Shown here one piece after another: positions 14,523-28,025 of a stretch of DNA of 64,000 bases. The first letter of the stretch is position 1. Each line of letters begins with the position of its first letter. The notes beneath the pieces were generated by a model. That model was not told the origin of the DNA. It was given only the letters and a program-made list of their open reading frames with translations, and searched no databases. Both the position numbers and the translations under genes were made by a program. Origin of the DNA: the human T2T-CHM13v2.0 reference genome, Homo sapiens; the NCBI RefSeq assembly GCF_009914755.1, contig NC_060947.1. One strand, 5' to 3'.

Positions 14523-17500
14523 GCTTGAGTCCCAGAGCCTGCTCTGTCCCTGCTCCACCTCTTTCTCTCTGGTCCTCAGTGGGCTCCTATACAATGAGGG
14601 GGTTCTTCCACGCCTGACACTCTAGGGCTTGCAATACTTCTAAGATGAGGATGCAGGGCCTCCTGTCAGCCCTGTGGGACACGAGGCACGTGGCCCCTGG
14701 AGCCTGGGCCCTGCTCAAAGCAGAGAAAAGGACACCTAGGAAAGAAACACCAGAGAGAAAGATTCTCTCTCTGGTCCCAGAGCACAGAGGTAATCAAGTG
14801 CCACAGGAAGCCCCTCTGCAGAATGGGGAAACAGCAGCACCCAGATATGAGTACTTCTGGCCAGGAGAGCCAAGAGGGCCAGGGAGTACCAGGGGTGTTC
14901 CCTGTCCTCTGCAAATGGGGCCTGGGGCCCCAGGAGTCACCCATGGGCTAGATGGAAGACTGGGGGACCTCCTTGCAGGCCGCCCCTCCCCTTCCTGCAG
15001 CTTCAGGACAGAGCAGGACCCAAGATACAGAGGAATATTAAGGGAAGCAGGGAGATGGAGCAGGGGCAGCACGTGCAGCTTCTTGCCATCAGCCCAGTGC
15101 TCCAACTGCCATGAGTCCAGCCTTCACACTGTCTACCCCGGGCTGCCCCTTTCTCCGGCCCCAGTCAGGCCCCACAGGGAAGCTCAGAGGAAGAGGAGGC
15201 TGCAGCTGGGAAGGGCTGGGTCTGCCCTTTGGGACCTGAGTGTTTGTGAGCCTGCACAGACATGGACATGTTTGCAGAAAAAGTCTGGCTGAAAATATGT
15301 TGTGAAACAAAGGTTCACCCTTGGGAGCAATTTAGTTGAGTTGCAAACAAACAGCACGGCAGTGCCCTAGAGGAACGTCTCCTGAGCCAGGTGGGCTCAT
15401 AAGGAGCCCGTGGCTGGGCCTCCACCCTGCCTTTCTGTGTGACCATTTGGCTGGTTCCCAGCAGGGCTGGAGGCCAGTTCCTAGAAGGGCATTCCTGCTC
15501 TATCTCTAGAACTCCCTGCCCCACCTAGAAGACCTCAGGAAGCTCCTGAGAGGAACTGGAGTCAGAGCTGCCCAGTCTGGGCCCCTCTGCAATGTTCCTT
15601 AAGGGGCATGGGGACCATATTGTGGGGGCTGGCACATCTGTGATTCCCAAGCCTCTGGGAGATCCAGGGAGGCTCGGGGGCAGAGTGCCAGGAGGCAAGT
15701 TGGCACCTCCTGCCTGGCCCTCTGGCTCTGACCCACCTAGAGCATTTGCCCATCTGATTGCATTTCTCTGCCAAACTGTCCTTGCCTTGCCCAACCTCTC
15801 CACCCTGAGCCCAGCCCTTCCTCCAGCAAGCCATGAACTTCCCCATGGTGAAGCAGGATGCTGTGGGTGAATGAAGGAGGGAAGGAACTCATTCTTACTT
15901 GGGGGTGGGGGAGGGGATTCTCCTGGCGTGCTGTTTTTCTCTAGTCTTTGAAGCTTCCCAGGGGCTGCCCAGGCTTAGTATTAGAGGGGTACACATCAGT
16001 CCTCCACTGGATCAGTAGCTTCTTGAGGGCACAAGGTAGCCTGCATTGTCTTCTGCACTCCTGGAACAAGTAAAGGACTGGCAGGATGGCCTCTGATTAG
16101 GGTCCCCAGAGATTGAATCTAGCCCTGGTCTTCCCCTCCTGGCCTTTAGGGTATGCCTTCTGTTGAAAACCTTTCCCCACCAAAGGGAGCCAATTCTATT
16201 CTTCGCTTCCTACGGCACACCTACTCTGTGCCATGCACTTTGCATCTTAAAAATATTTAATTACGCAAGTTGTGCATGAACACATTCTCCCCAAAAAGGC
16301 AAACATTGCAGGCCTAGCTAACACAGTCCCTTGCACCCCAAATGCCAAGTCCCTCCACTGAATTATTTCCCATGGTTTGGTTGGTGCGTATCCTTGCGAA
16401 CTCTCTATGCTGTTCCATGCAGATTATGCGCACCTGTATGTATCCCAGGCTTTGCACGCAGGATGTCATTTAAGCCCCTCCTAGCAGCCCCCTGAGGGAG
16501 TGGCTTGTCTTCCCAGCTGGCTGCGCAGGTGGGCAAAGCTTTAATCCTCCATTTATGTAGTTCTCTGCCCTGCCAAGTGGGCCCCTGGTCCCCCGCCAGT
16601 CCTGGTCAAAAGCTGAAACTCAATATTCCAGTTCTTTTGTCACAGGCTGGCTTCCTGGCAGCTGGTGGAAGGTGGGAAGAGGAAGGTGGGCATGTGAGGA
16701 GGGGTACATGAGGGTGCATGGAGGGGACTCTGGTGTACCCAGGAGCAGCCTGAAATCCTGGCTTCTTGGAAAGGAGCCCAAAGCTCACTGCCCCAAGGGT
16801 CTTGCCTTGTTTCCCTTCCCTAACCCCAACCCTTCTTGGAGGCCAAGTCCAGGGGACCTGGCAGAGAAGGTATGGATTTTCCCCTCAGGCCAGCCCTACC
16901 CCAGGTACCTCTTCTCTCAGATTTCTCCCTGGCTTGACCTCAGATCAGGTGGACTGGTTGAGATTGTGCCAAGGTCTGGAGGCAAGTACACCAGGGCTGT
17001 GAGCTGGTGGGGTTGAATCCCCAGACACATAGCTCTGAGCATGCTCCGTGCAAGGCAGGGCTCCTCAGGGAGCTTGGGAGGGGCTGGCTTCTGGATCTGG
17101 GCAGGCAAGCAGCTTCTACAGCCAGGCAGCCCAGCACCCAGCCCTCGCCTGCCAACAGCCTGGGGTGTACAGTGCCCACAGACAGGCCAGCTTCTCCATT
17201 GGGCAGGTGACACCCTGGGGCAGCGTCTTGAGTTTGCCTTAGCCATGAGCATGAGCTCTTCTTGGCCTCTGCCAGCTTCTCCTGTTGGCCTCAGGCAGGG
17301 TGGGGCAGCTCTCTGACCCCGAGGCTGCAGCTAAGTTGTCAGGGGCTCAAGGGCCCCGCTGGCCTGAGGGGCAGGAATGGCAGGAGATCTCTGTTAGCTC
17401 CAGATGCCGATGAGCCCCCAGTGGTTTGTCTCTGACTGGAGGTTGTGCAGAAGGACCAACGGATGCTGACTGGCCAGGAGAGCCCCTGCCTCTGAAGCCA

Positions 17501-18749
17501 TCTGATTGGTGAGGAAAGCGGCTGACCTTGGGCTGATACCTTTCTGTGACCACAGGCCAGTTACCTCCATGGGGGTACAGAACTGGAGTCCGTGAAAAGT
17601 GCGTGGGCCCTAGAACCTGGCTTGACATGGGTCTTCATATGTGTCATCTGCCGAGGGAGCTGAGGAAAGTGGCTGTGTTGGGAAACTTTGTCCCCTGTTA
17701 AAGCAGCCAAAGAAATTATTTGGGGCTCTAGGAGGGTGGAGGCCCTGAGTGCCACACAAAGCTTGTCCTGAAGCAGCTGGGACTTTGTCCTTTCCCAGGA
17801 GGGTGGCAGGGAGGGTTGCTGGAGCAGATTTGGAGCAGAGGGACGGAGGGCCTGCCCGACAGGCAAGCTTCAGTGGGAGGAAGGGGGGAACCCATAGGCC
17901 TTCACTGCCTGTCTGACTCCGAGCATTTCTGGGCCCCTCAGCTTCAGAGCACGGGCAGTGTTCACTTGGAGCCTGTGGCTCTCTGCATATGAGTAGCAGT
18001 GGAGGTAGGGGTGTGGGTTATGTGGGCTTCTCCCAGGAGCCATGCTGGGATTGCAGCCTTTGCTTTTGGCTCTTTGAACTGTACCCTGACCTCTTTCGGA
18101 GATCCTTAGAGGGGATCACCCACTTCAGGCCTCTCAGGCTTGGGAGCCAGCCACTCTGCCATTTGGGGAAATGCATGTGGGGTGAAGCCCTTGGAGCTTC
18201 TGGCTGAGGGAAGATTCTGGAGCCAGGCAGCAGGCCTGGGGCAGAGATAGGCTTCCAGGGCTGCTTCAGGCCTGGTACCCCGTTTGGGCTCCCCAGCTGA
18301 GCTTGCATCCATCTCAGCTTGAGCCCAGAGTGGCAAGTGTAAGCTCCGTCCATGTGAGACTGTGGCCATAGGAGGCAGCTAGTATTGGAGCAGCCTCATC
18401 TCTAGACATCCTGCCAGTAGCTGGGTCCCTGGGCCCCTCTTTCTGCATAGCTGGGCCCCCTCCAACTGCTCCTTAGTACCACTCATCAGTGACCACCTTC
18501 TCCAGAGGGAGGGACACTAGTGCTTGGACTGGACACATGCATGTGGCAGACAGAATATGTACCTGGTTGATCTGCAGGTGTCATGGTGGCCACAAAACTG
18601 CCAAGACCAGCCCTGGCCACACCCCCACTAAGCTCCAACACAAAATGGCCCCACAGGAGATGAGGCTGCATACATGGGTCTAGTGACAACCTGAAGGAGT
18701 TTGAAAGCCGGAGTGCAGAGTTTGGAATGTATTATTTAGATGATCCTTC

Positions 18750-19500
18750 CATCCATCCAACAAATACTGGACATGATCCCTAATCCTGGGATGTAGCAGG
18801 GAACAAGAAAATCTGTAGTTCATTGTCAGGAGATGATAAATCTATGATACAAATAAAGTGGGGGAAAAGTGAACATGAAACAAGGTAGACTTGGGAGAAT
18901 CATTCATTCATTCATTTACTTGCCAAATATGTATCAAGCACTTATTACGTGCTTACCATTGGGCTCTGCTCTGCAGATTAATGACTAAAAAAATTAGATG
19001 AGTCCTTGCCACATAAAGTTTATTTCTAGAGTGCGGTCTTCTTTCCATGGGTTTTCAGAGGAGCAACAGACAGGACCAGGTGTAGTCCTATGAACTCACC
19101 CTGGTGATGTGGAAGATAAAGGAAAGGAAGAGCTGGGATCTGGAAATAGAGAAACAGTGAGACTGTGACAGAGTCTGGGCAAGGCCCAGGGCAGCAGCAG
19201 TCAGAATGGATGGAGAAGAAGGTGCTAGAGAGAGATTCCAGCAGAATAACAAATATGATTTGGGGAGCGGGTGCGAGGTATCAAGGATGACTCCTAGGTT
19301 TCTGAATTAAGCACATGTGGGGCAAGATGTGCCTTTCTCCAGATAAGGTGCTGGGGACAGAGGAGCTGGGGCGGAGGGGCAGAAGTTCATGTCAGTTTGA
19401 ACATATTGGTTCCAGGGGCCCAGTGTCTTCCTCTAGGAGACAGAGTTGGCCCATGGGCACCTGAAGATATGGAGCTCAGGAGGGGCTTCTCAGTGAGGTC
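18750..19500 (-). mobile_element. L2 fragments
   Basis: cattcattcattcatttacttgccaaatatgtatcaagcactta and tcaaggatgactcctaggtttctg motifs. Confidence 0.55.
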
Positions 19501-21340
19501 AGGAGCATTTAGGGAGATGAGCTACAATCACTAGGGTCCAGCCTGTCTTGGGCGGCCTTCTAGGAGGAGCCTCCCCTGGGGTATGGACTGTATGTGGCTG
19601 ATGCCAGGCATATTGCCCCAGCCCCATCTTTGTCTATAAAGAGACGAAGCCTCCCTTGGCAAAGCAGCCCAATCATGGTAAGTTTGTCATAGTGGTGTCC
19701 ACACTAGAGACTGTAGCCCCTTGTCAAGGTAGTGATCAACCATGCTGGCCTGCCAAGCCTCTTGGGCAAAGCCCTGCCTTTTGTGTATCCTTCTGGAGAT
19801 TTTATTCATTCAACAAGTAGTTCTCAAGGACCTAGTTCATGAAGCTGCTGTGCTGGAGCCTGAACTCAGGGAGGCTGAGGCAGCTCAGACTCAAAGGCCC
19901 ACTACCTGCCTAGTGAGTGCCCGGCATGCTCTCCACCTCCAGCTCCTGCAGCTCACCTTATCACAGCTGGGCCCCCCCCCCCACTGTCCCTCCTAAGCCT
20001 GGGCACAGGGGGTCATGGCAGCTTCAGCTCCACACTCAAAAGTCAGCCCAGGAGCCTGCTGCTTCCAGTGCAGTTCTGACCATACCTCTCTTTTTAGTAC
20101 TTGTGCACTTCCTGGCTCATTTTACCTTCCAAGCTGGCCCTGTGACTGAGGGTGCTTTTGCAGCCAAATTGCTTAGGTATGAATCTGTGCAACGGGGATA
20201 AGAATAGTGTCAACTTTGTCAGGTTGTCATGAGGTTTAAACGAATTAACTTATGTCAAGTACTTAGCACAAGGTAGCTGCTCCATGAATGAGAACCTGCC
20301 CCTGAATCACCAGATTCCAGCTTCCTGTCAGGGATACCCACTTCTTCCTCTGGGACTTAGCTATTGCTGCTCACCCACACACCTCCCTGCTTCTCTGCCT
20401 GTCTGCCCTACCACCCTGCCCCCCATGATGTCTATGACTCTCCTCTGTAGCATTCTCTGCCTGCCACCCAAGACTTTTTCCACTGCAATGGAAAATATCT
20501 GATATTAAAACATATCAGATATTGACTACCTGGGGGACTAGTTTCTGGCTAAGACGTATAGTAGTCTGACTCTCTAGGCTGTCAACCATGGAGAAGATCC
20601 CTTCCCAGTATCAGTGGAAAAACTTTGGCTTGACCTGGTATTAAGTTGAACCTGAAACCAAAATGGGCTGGATTTTTGTTGCTGTTGTTGTTTTAAACTA
20701 AAGTTTAAAGTAATATTTTATTTTATTATATAGCCCTATAACCTCCCTTCCCGACTACAGACATCACACATTACAATACAGAATATCGGACACTATAAAA
20801 AATATACAAAAGAAAACAATTTCCCCACACCCTCAGAACTGAGAAATAAAGTCTTGATCTTGTGAGTTTATGTATCTACGTGTGAATATATATCACACAT
20901 GCATGCATGGAAATTATTAACATAACAGAACATTCCATTTTGAAACCTGGTATCCCCCTGACAAGAAGTAGTCTTTTACAATAGTAATACCATTTTAAGG
21001 GCTGCATAGCATTCCACCCTATGGTCTTGGTTCACTCGGTTAATTGATTAATTCATTAAGGTATACGTCACTGTGACTAGCATCCTTGCACCTGTATTTT
21101 TGTGATTTTACTGTTTTTATTTTTTTAATATATTGACTTGTAAGATCTCTGTTTATAAAAAAAATCAATCTTTTTCTTTCTCTGTCAAATTTGTTTTCAG
21201 TTTATTGTATTCTTTTAAATGTTGGGTTTAATGTGCATTTATGTTCAATGTTTTCTTTCATGATATTGTCTTTCTAACTCAATATTATGTAAAATGTTTC
21301 CTACTGTTTCATCATCATAGTTTTGTTGTTTACATTAAAT

Positions 21341-21536
21341 TTTTTTGTTGATACATAGAGATGATAAATATTTATGTGGTACACGTGATATTTTGGTGCA
21401 TGCATACAATGTGTAATAATCAAATCTGTGTAACTGGGATACTCATAATCTCAAACATTTATTATTTTTTGTGTCGAGACTATTTCAAATCTTCTCTTTT
21501 AGCAGTTTTGAAATATACTATGAATTATTAACCATA
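21341..21536 (-). mobile_element. L1MA-like 3' end nested in older L1M debris (about 20740-22330)
   Basis: atttatgtggtacacgtgatattttgg...atgcatacaatgtgtaataatcaaatc...ctcaaacatttattattt. Confidence 0.65.
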
Positions 21537-21664
21537 CTCTATTTAAAACATTTATTTTTATTCCCAGTACTTATGCGCTTCATTTATTTTTCTTGCTTAT
21601 TGCACTGACTGAGGAATCCAGCACAGTAGTGTTTAGAAATGGTGATAGTTTACGTACTTTTTAA

Positions 21665-21931
<267 letters not shown>

Positions 21932-22090
21932 TAGAATTCCTAATCCCATGAAAAAGGAAAATAATTTCTTAATATTGAAATAGATTATAATTATATATAA
22001 TATATATTTATATATTATATATATATTTCTATGTATATATTAGGAATAGAAAGAAGGTCCTTTCTATTTCTAATTTCCTAAGATATTTAA

Positions 22091-22158
22091 TGTATACATA
22101 TGTAACAAACCTGCACGTTGTGTACATGTACCCTAAAATTTAAAGTATAAAAAAGAAA
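22091..22158 (+). mobile_element. Tiny L1PA 3' terminus
   Basis: tgtatacatatgtaacaaacctgcacgttgtgtacatgtaccctaaaatttaaagtataaaaaa. Confidence 0.85.
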
Positions 22159-23059
22159 ACTCTCCCTTTATAGCTTTAGAAAATTGCACAAGAAAAAAAA
22201 GTAAATAAGTTCTGAATTTTGTTCAATATTTTTTCTATACCAACTGGGGTGATGTAATTTTTTTCTGCTTTAACTAGATCAAGTATTCTAACTATATTGA
22301 TTGAATCCTTTAAGTCCTTATTGAGCTTCTTCTGCTTTTCTATCAAGGATGGGCTGGGTTGTATGAGAAGCTGGGACGTCTGGTTACTTAGAGAAACCGG
22401 TTTCATGAGCTACTCCCTCACCAACCCGCTCCCCAGGAAGACCTCCTGCATCTGTTCTCCCCTGCTCAATGCTTCAGGCTCAGGAGTTCCCTTTTCTGAG
22501 CTCTGTCTTCTGAGATTCCTCAGAACTTCACCAAGATCTAGTCTTTATGTCTTTTTCCCTCTCTCTCCCTCTCTTCCTTCCTTCCACCAACATGTAGGCA
22601 ATGCTTTTCAGGAGCCACCCTCAGTGCAGTGCAGGGATGTAGTGGACAAGAACACGGACACTGATGCCTGCCCTCAGGCAGTACACATTGTAGTGCAGGC
22701 AGTATTGGCAAGAAGGGTGGCATAGTCTGAATACAGGCTTCACCCTAGGACCAGGGAAACTTGGCAGAAAGCTGTAGACAGGGAGAGGGAGCCTGGGCAT
22801 GCTCTTCAGGGAGAAGTTAGAATGCCAAGCCACCCTGGAAGCCAGCAGTTAAGGGTCTGAAGGCCCAGTCAGTCACAAATGTCTATCTGTCAAAGGGCTG
22901 ATGGTGGCGATAAATAGTGTGACTTGACGCAAGATGAGCTGCAGTTTTCCAAGGGCAGCCAGAGAGTAATGTCCAGTTGGAAGTTGGAAGGAAAGCCTGA
23001 AGCTTAGCAGAGAGGTCTTGTTGTCACCTGTACCTTTGTTAGTGGATATTAGATGCCAT

Positions 23060-24350
23060 CTGTACTTTTGTGATTCAGTGCATAATGTGTCTTCTTTCTC
23101 GGGCAACTTTTACGATTTCCCTATTATCAGTGGATGTGGGCACTTTGATACTCACATGCCTTGGTGTAGTTTCCACTGACGCTTTGCCTTTTGTTGTTGC
23201 TGTTGCTGCTATTGTTGTTTTCTGGTTGTCTTTTCTCTCTGTGCTACATTGTGGATAGTTTTATTGTCTAAATAAATACTGTAAATTCATTTTAAAATAA
23301 GTTTGTCTGTATGTTCACTAATTCCTTCTTCTGCAATATCTGATCTTCTGTTAATCCCATATAGTGTAATTTTCATCTCAAATATTGTAGTTTTCATCTT
23401 TAGAAATTTGACTTGGATCTTTTTATATATTTCATGGCCCTGCTTAACTTTTTGAACATATAGAATATAGTTGTATTAGCTGTTTTCATATTCTTGTGTA
23501 CTAATTGTACATCTGTGTCAATTCTGGGTTTATTTCAATTGATAGATTGTTGCCTCCTCATTATTGAGAATTTATTTGCATGGCTGATAATTTCTGAGTG
23601 GATGCCACACATTGTGATTTTTACTTTGTTGGGTGCTGTGTGTTTTTGTATTTCTAGAAACATTCTTGAGGCTTGTTCTGGTGTGAAGTTAATGGAAAGA
23701 GTTTGATCCTTTTGGGTCTTGCTTTTAAGATTTTTCAGTAGGACTAGAACAGTGCTCAGTGAAAGGACCAGTTATTCCTCATGAGTGAGGCAAGCCCCTT
23801 CTAGGCACTCTACCCAATAGCCCATGAACCACTAGGTTTCCAGTTTGACTGGTGGCATGAGACACTATTCCAGGCCCTGTGTGAGAGCTGGGAACTGTAA
23901 TGCCTAATTTGGGGGGATGGTTCTTTCCTAAGCTGTGGGTAACCCCCTCATCAGTGTGTGCAAATAAGCACTCAGATGAATACTTGGGACAGACTCTTTG
24001 CAGGTCTCCAGAGCTCTCTCTGTGCAGCTCTCTCCTCTGCAGTACCCTGTTCTGCAAACTTTAGCTGCTTTGGTCTCCTTTCATTCTGTTCTCTGTGTCC
24101 CTAACCCAGGGAGTCATCCATCAAGTTCCACCTGCATTCCCCTCTGTGCCATCGTCTGGAAACTCTCACAAAGGAGTAATCTGGGGCAGTCACCAGATTC
24201 ACATTTGGCTCCTGTCTCTTAGGAATAGCTATCCTTTGTTGCCTAACGTTTATAGTCTTGAAAACTGTTGTGTCGCATATTTTTTCTATGTTTGGTTGTT
24301 TCATTCTGGAGGAAAAATATGATCCCTGTTACCCCATGTTGGCTAAGAGG
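23060..24350 (-). mobile_element. Old L1M (5'/ORF1-region) fragment
   Basis: T-rich antisense-L1 composition and motifs (tctgttaatcccatatagtgtaattttcatctca...); subfamily not assigned. Confidence 0.5.
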
Positions 24351-24483
24351 AAAAGTGTTGCATGTTCCTTTAAAATCAAATAATTGATATAGCAGAATCT
24401 TATGCTGTGCAATGAAAGTAAAAAGAGAGGGAGTAATGGACTGGGAAAAATGCAGGGACCATGCATAGACTACTCATTTAAAA

Positions 24484-25140
24484 CTTATTTATTGAGCACC
24501 TACTATGTTCCAGGCACTGAGAAAAGGTGGTAGCTTTGATTAACGTGGTAATGGTGGAGATAAAAAGTGATTGGATAAGAGGTATGTTTTGAAGGTAGAG
24601 CCCATATGATTTGCATATATGTAGAGTCCATGGGGTATGAAAAAAAGAGGAGTCAAGGATGATGCTGAGGTTTGTGACCTGAGTAACTGGGAGTATGGCT
24701 TTGCCTTTACTGAGATGCAGATGATTATGGAAGGATAAGCTTTTGAGGGGAAGATAACTCACTTTTGGACATATGGAGCCTGAGATGTCTATTCAAAATC
24801 CAAGTGGTTATGTGAGGGAGGTAAATTACTATCCATGGGATAGGTTGAACTGGTGTTAAGAGTTTGCAAGTCATCAACATACAGACGTATTTAAAGCCAT
24901 GAGACTGGAGAAGGAGGTGATGAAGAGAGAAAAGACAAGAAGTCCATTGAAGGACTGAGTTTGGGACACTCCGACATTTAGAGTTGGAGAAGAAGAGGAG
25001 GCCTCTTCAAAGAACACTGAGAAGTGGCCAGTGAGGAGGAGGAGAACGAAGGGAGTAGACTCTATTATTTCAAGAAAGATGGCGTGGATAAACTGTTAGA
25101 TGCTGCTCAGAAACACAATAGAACATGGACAGAGAAGTGA
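24484..25140 (-). mobile_element. L2a fragment
   Basis: ttattgagcacctactatgttccaggcactg; ggagtcaaggatgatgctgaggttt; tttggacat motifs. Confidence 0.75.
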
Positions 25141-28025
25141 CTTGGGATAAATCGTGTTCCTGTCTATCTCTTACTCTGGGACCACCACTGAGCTCGAGAC
25201 TGCCAGACACTTCTTTCTAAACTCAGCACCCAGCAAAGGACCTGGCACATAGTAGGTGTCTTGGGGATGTGTGTGAGATAGATGAGTGAATGAATGGGCC
25301 ATGAACTGAAACTTCTAATCTTGGCTATATGATGAACTTGTTCCTTCTCTCTCTGACTTGACTTCTCTAGGAAGGAATTTTCCTCAAAATTCTTTCAATA
25401 AACTCCTTGACTAGGCTGGTTTTTCTTTAAAGTCCTGGGCTGGCTGCTCAACTTGTGGATAAGGAGAAAAGAGGCCTACAACTCCACCTTGACTGTGTTT
25501 GGACTTTTTACCAAATAATCATGCCTTACTCTAGGTTGTTAAACCACCCTCCTTGAGAATCCCACTGCTCATCTAAGATCTGTTGCCCATCTCTGTTCTC
25601 TTTGGTAGGTACATGGTCTGTCATCTTCCTTGCCAAGCCTTTTCTTGTCCTCGCACTTGTTTGGTATCTCCTGTCTGTCCTTGCAGCAGCTATTGCAAAC
25701 GTTCTGGCCTCCAAAGTCTGCACCTACTGCTGCCTGGTGTCTCTGAAGATGAGATCCCCCCATCCCTCCCATTTCACTTAGAACACTGGGGTTTTGCAAG
25801 AGTGAATCCCTTCAACTGTCTTGTGGCCTGTTTCTCAGCAACCCCTTCCCATTGTCCTGGATTTGTCTCCTGTCACTTCCTCTGGTACCTGAACCTTCCC
25901 ATTCCACCCATGTTTCATGGGCTTCAGCCTCAACTGGAGTGGCTCACAAGCACACATATTTTTATTATCTACTGAATTCCTCCTCAAAACCTTTAAGCTT
26001 GCTTTATTATCTTCTTGACATAGAAAATAACAGCAACAGCAAGACAGAGAACCTTTGTCAGCCCCCTATCCTCCTCCAGTTCCCACTCTATCTTTCCTCT
26101 TTTTCTTGCTCAGTCTCTTAGAAAGACTGAGCTATGTGCTCTATCTCTTGTCTGTCCCCTCCTACTCCTCGCTTGAAACTTCATGAAACAAGCTCTGTTT
26201 GACCACCACTCCTTGACGCTACTCTTGATAAGGTCCCCAGCGAGGCCTCTATTGTTCCACCCAGTGCCCGCTCCAGCTCTCATCTCAGGGGGAAGAAGTA
26301 CCCGGCATAGAACACTTATCTTCCTGATATGGGAGGGGGGCATTGGCCTTGCAGACAGCTCCCTTCCTGAAAGTTCTGCCTTCCCTGGGAACTCCCTCAT
26401 GTTTCTCACATCCCCAGCCTCATTCTCCTTCACTCACCCAGCCCCTCAGCTGTCTTTCATGGTTGCAGCTCCCCAGAGCTCTACCCTTAGCTTTTTTCTC
26501 TGTTCTCATGATATGGGGATGGACACATCCCCCTGAGAGCTTTACCTGTAATGTAAACCCTGGTGATCATGCGCCCACCTCCAGTCCAGACCCCAGTGAA
26601 CACTGAGCCATCTGGAGTCCACTGCAGCAGGCCTGGAGAGCCATGTTGAAGGCTTGAGACCAGTCCAGGGCCTTGGGGTTGGAGGGCAATGGGTGGACAG
26701 AACTTTGACGCTTTTTGTGGGGACAATCTACTCAGGGCAGAGGCTGCTTGGATGTGATAAAGGAAACAAGGAGTTACGGTTGACACCAGGCTTCCAGCTT
26801 GAGTGACTGGGAAGAGGGCAGGCCCCTTTCAGAGGTGGGTAACTTTGAGGAGGAGCTGATTTGACATGATGGTAGCTGGAGCCTTGGGACTTGAGGTTTC
26901 CTGGAGAGGGTGTATACATGAGACCCACCAGCCCCACTGCCTTGTTTCCAGCAAGCAGCATGAGGGGGCAGTTTCTGGCAAAGGGGAGGGTGTGCAGGCA
27001 GTCAGGCTCAGGGACGGGTCTGTTTCCTGGTACAGAAGGAGCAGGGGTCATGGGGTGGGGGAATCTGCCTTTGTGACAGAACCTTAGAGAGGATGTGAAC
27101 ATATGCTGTGCCCCCAGCACTGGCCTGGCCCTGGATTACAGCCCTTTTGATCTGCCAGCTTCATCTTCAACACCAGCTTTTCCAGGAGGCCAGCCCTGAA
27201 ACTCTGGTGCGAATGGCTCCGGCTTTGTTTGCATTGCCTGAAACTTTTTGTCTCCATGGTCTGCTGCCTCCAGGGTCCAAGCAGGGACTCAGTGATGCTG
27301 GTTCCTTTCCCTCAAGTGCCCTCGTTACTATCCTGGTGCCATAGTTCCGCAGAGAGCACCAGGTGAGCATCTCTGAGGCTGTTTGACGTGCCTGCCATCG
27401 CCATGGTGACAGCTTCAGAGGCTGGAACAAGCTTAGGCGGGGGTTGAGGGAGCTCCAGGGACAGCTTCCGGACTGTGGGTCCAGCAGCATGGGCTGTGGG
27501 AAATCTGGGGGTCATGCTGACCATTTCTGCCCACACCTGGTAGGGCATGCCAACCAGCCCTGGCAGGGAAGAGCTCCTCCAAGTATCTCCTGACTCTGTG
27601 GCAAGAGACACTGTGGGACACAATCTCCTGTCCCTCCTCTAGATTGTTACCTCCTCGGCTGTTCCTTCTCCATCTATTTTGTGGACACCTCATCCTCTGT
27701 GCAACTCTGAAATATTGGGGTTCTCCACAACTCTGCCCCAGACCCTCACTCTGTCTCCTCTTTCTTTGTGATCCCACCCACTCTCTCCATTGCTCCCCAC
27801 ATCCACTCCTCTGAGTCCCATTCAATCTCCTTCCCAGATAGTTCCGCACTCTGCCCTCTTGTCTTGGGCTCCATTGGTACTCTTGTCCAGCCTCCTCCCT
27901 GCCCCAACCTTCACCCTTGTTCTCCCTCTAATGCAGGCTCCACAGAGCAGCCAGAAGGATTTTTCTGGCACAGAACACTGACTTGTCCCTCTCCTGCTCT
28001 GCGCAGAGGAGAGGGCCCTCACTAT

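Noticed and set aside
14645-15292. 215-aa ORF between FATE1 and CNGA2
   Set aside because: No recognisable domain; P/G/R/S-rich composition typical of chance ORFs in GC-rich DNA; no supporting exon structure
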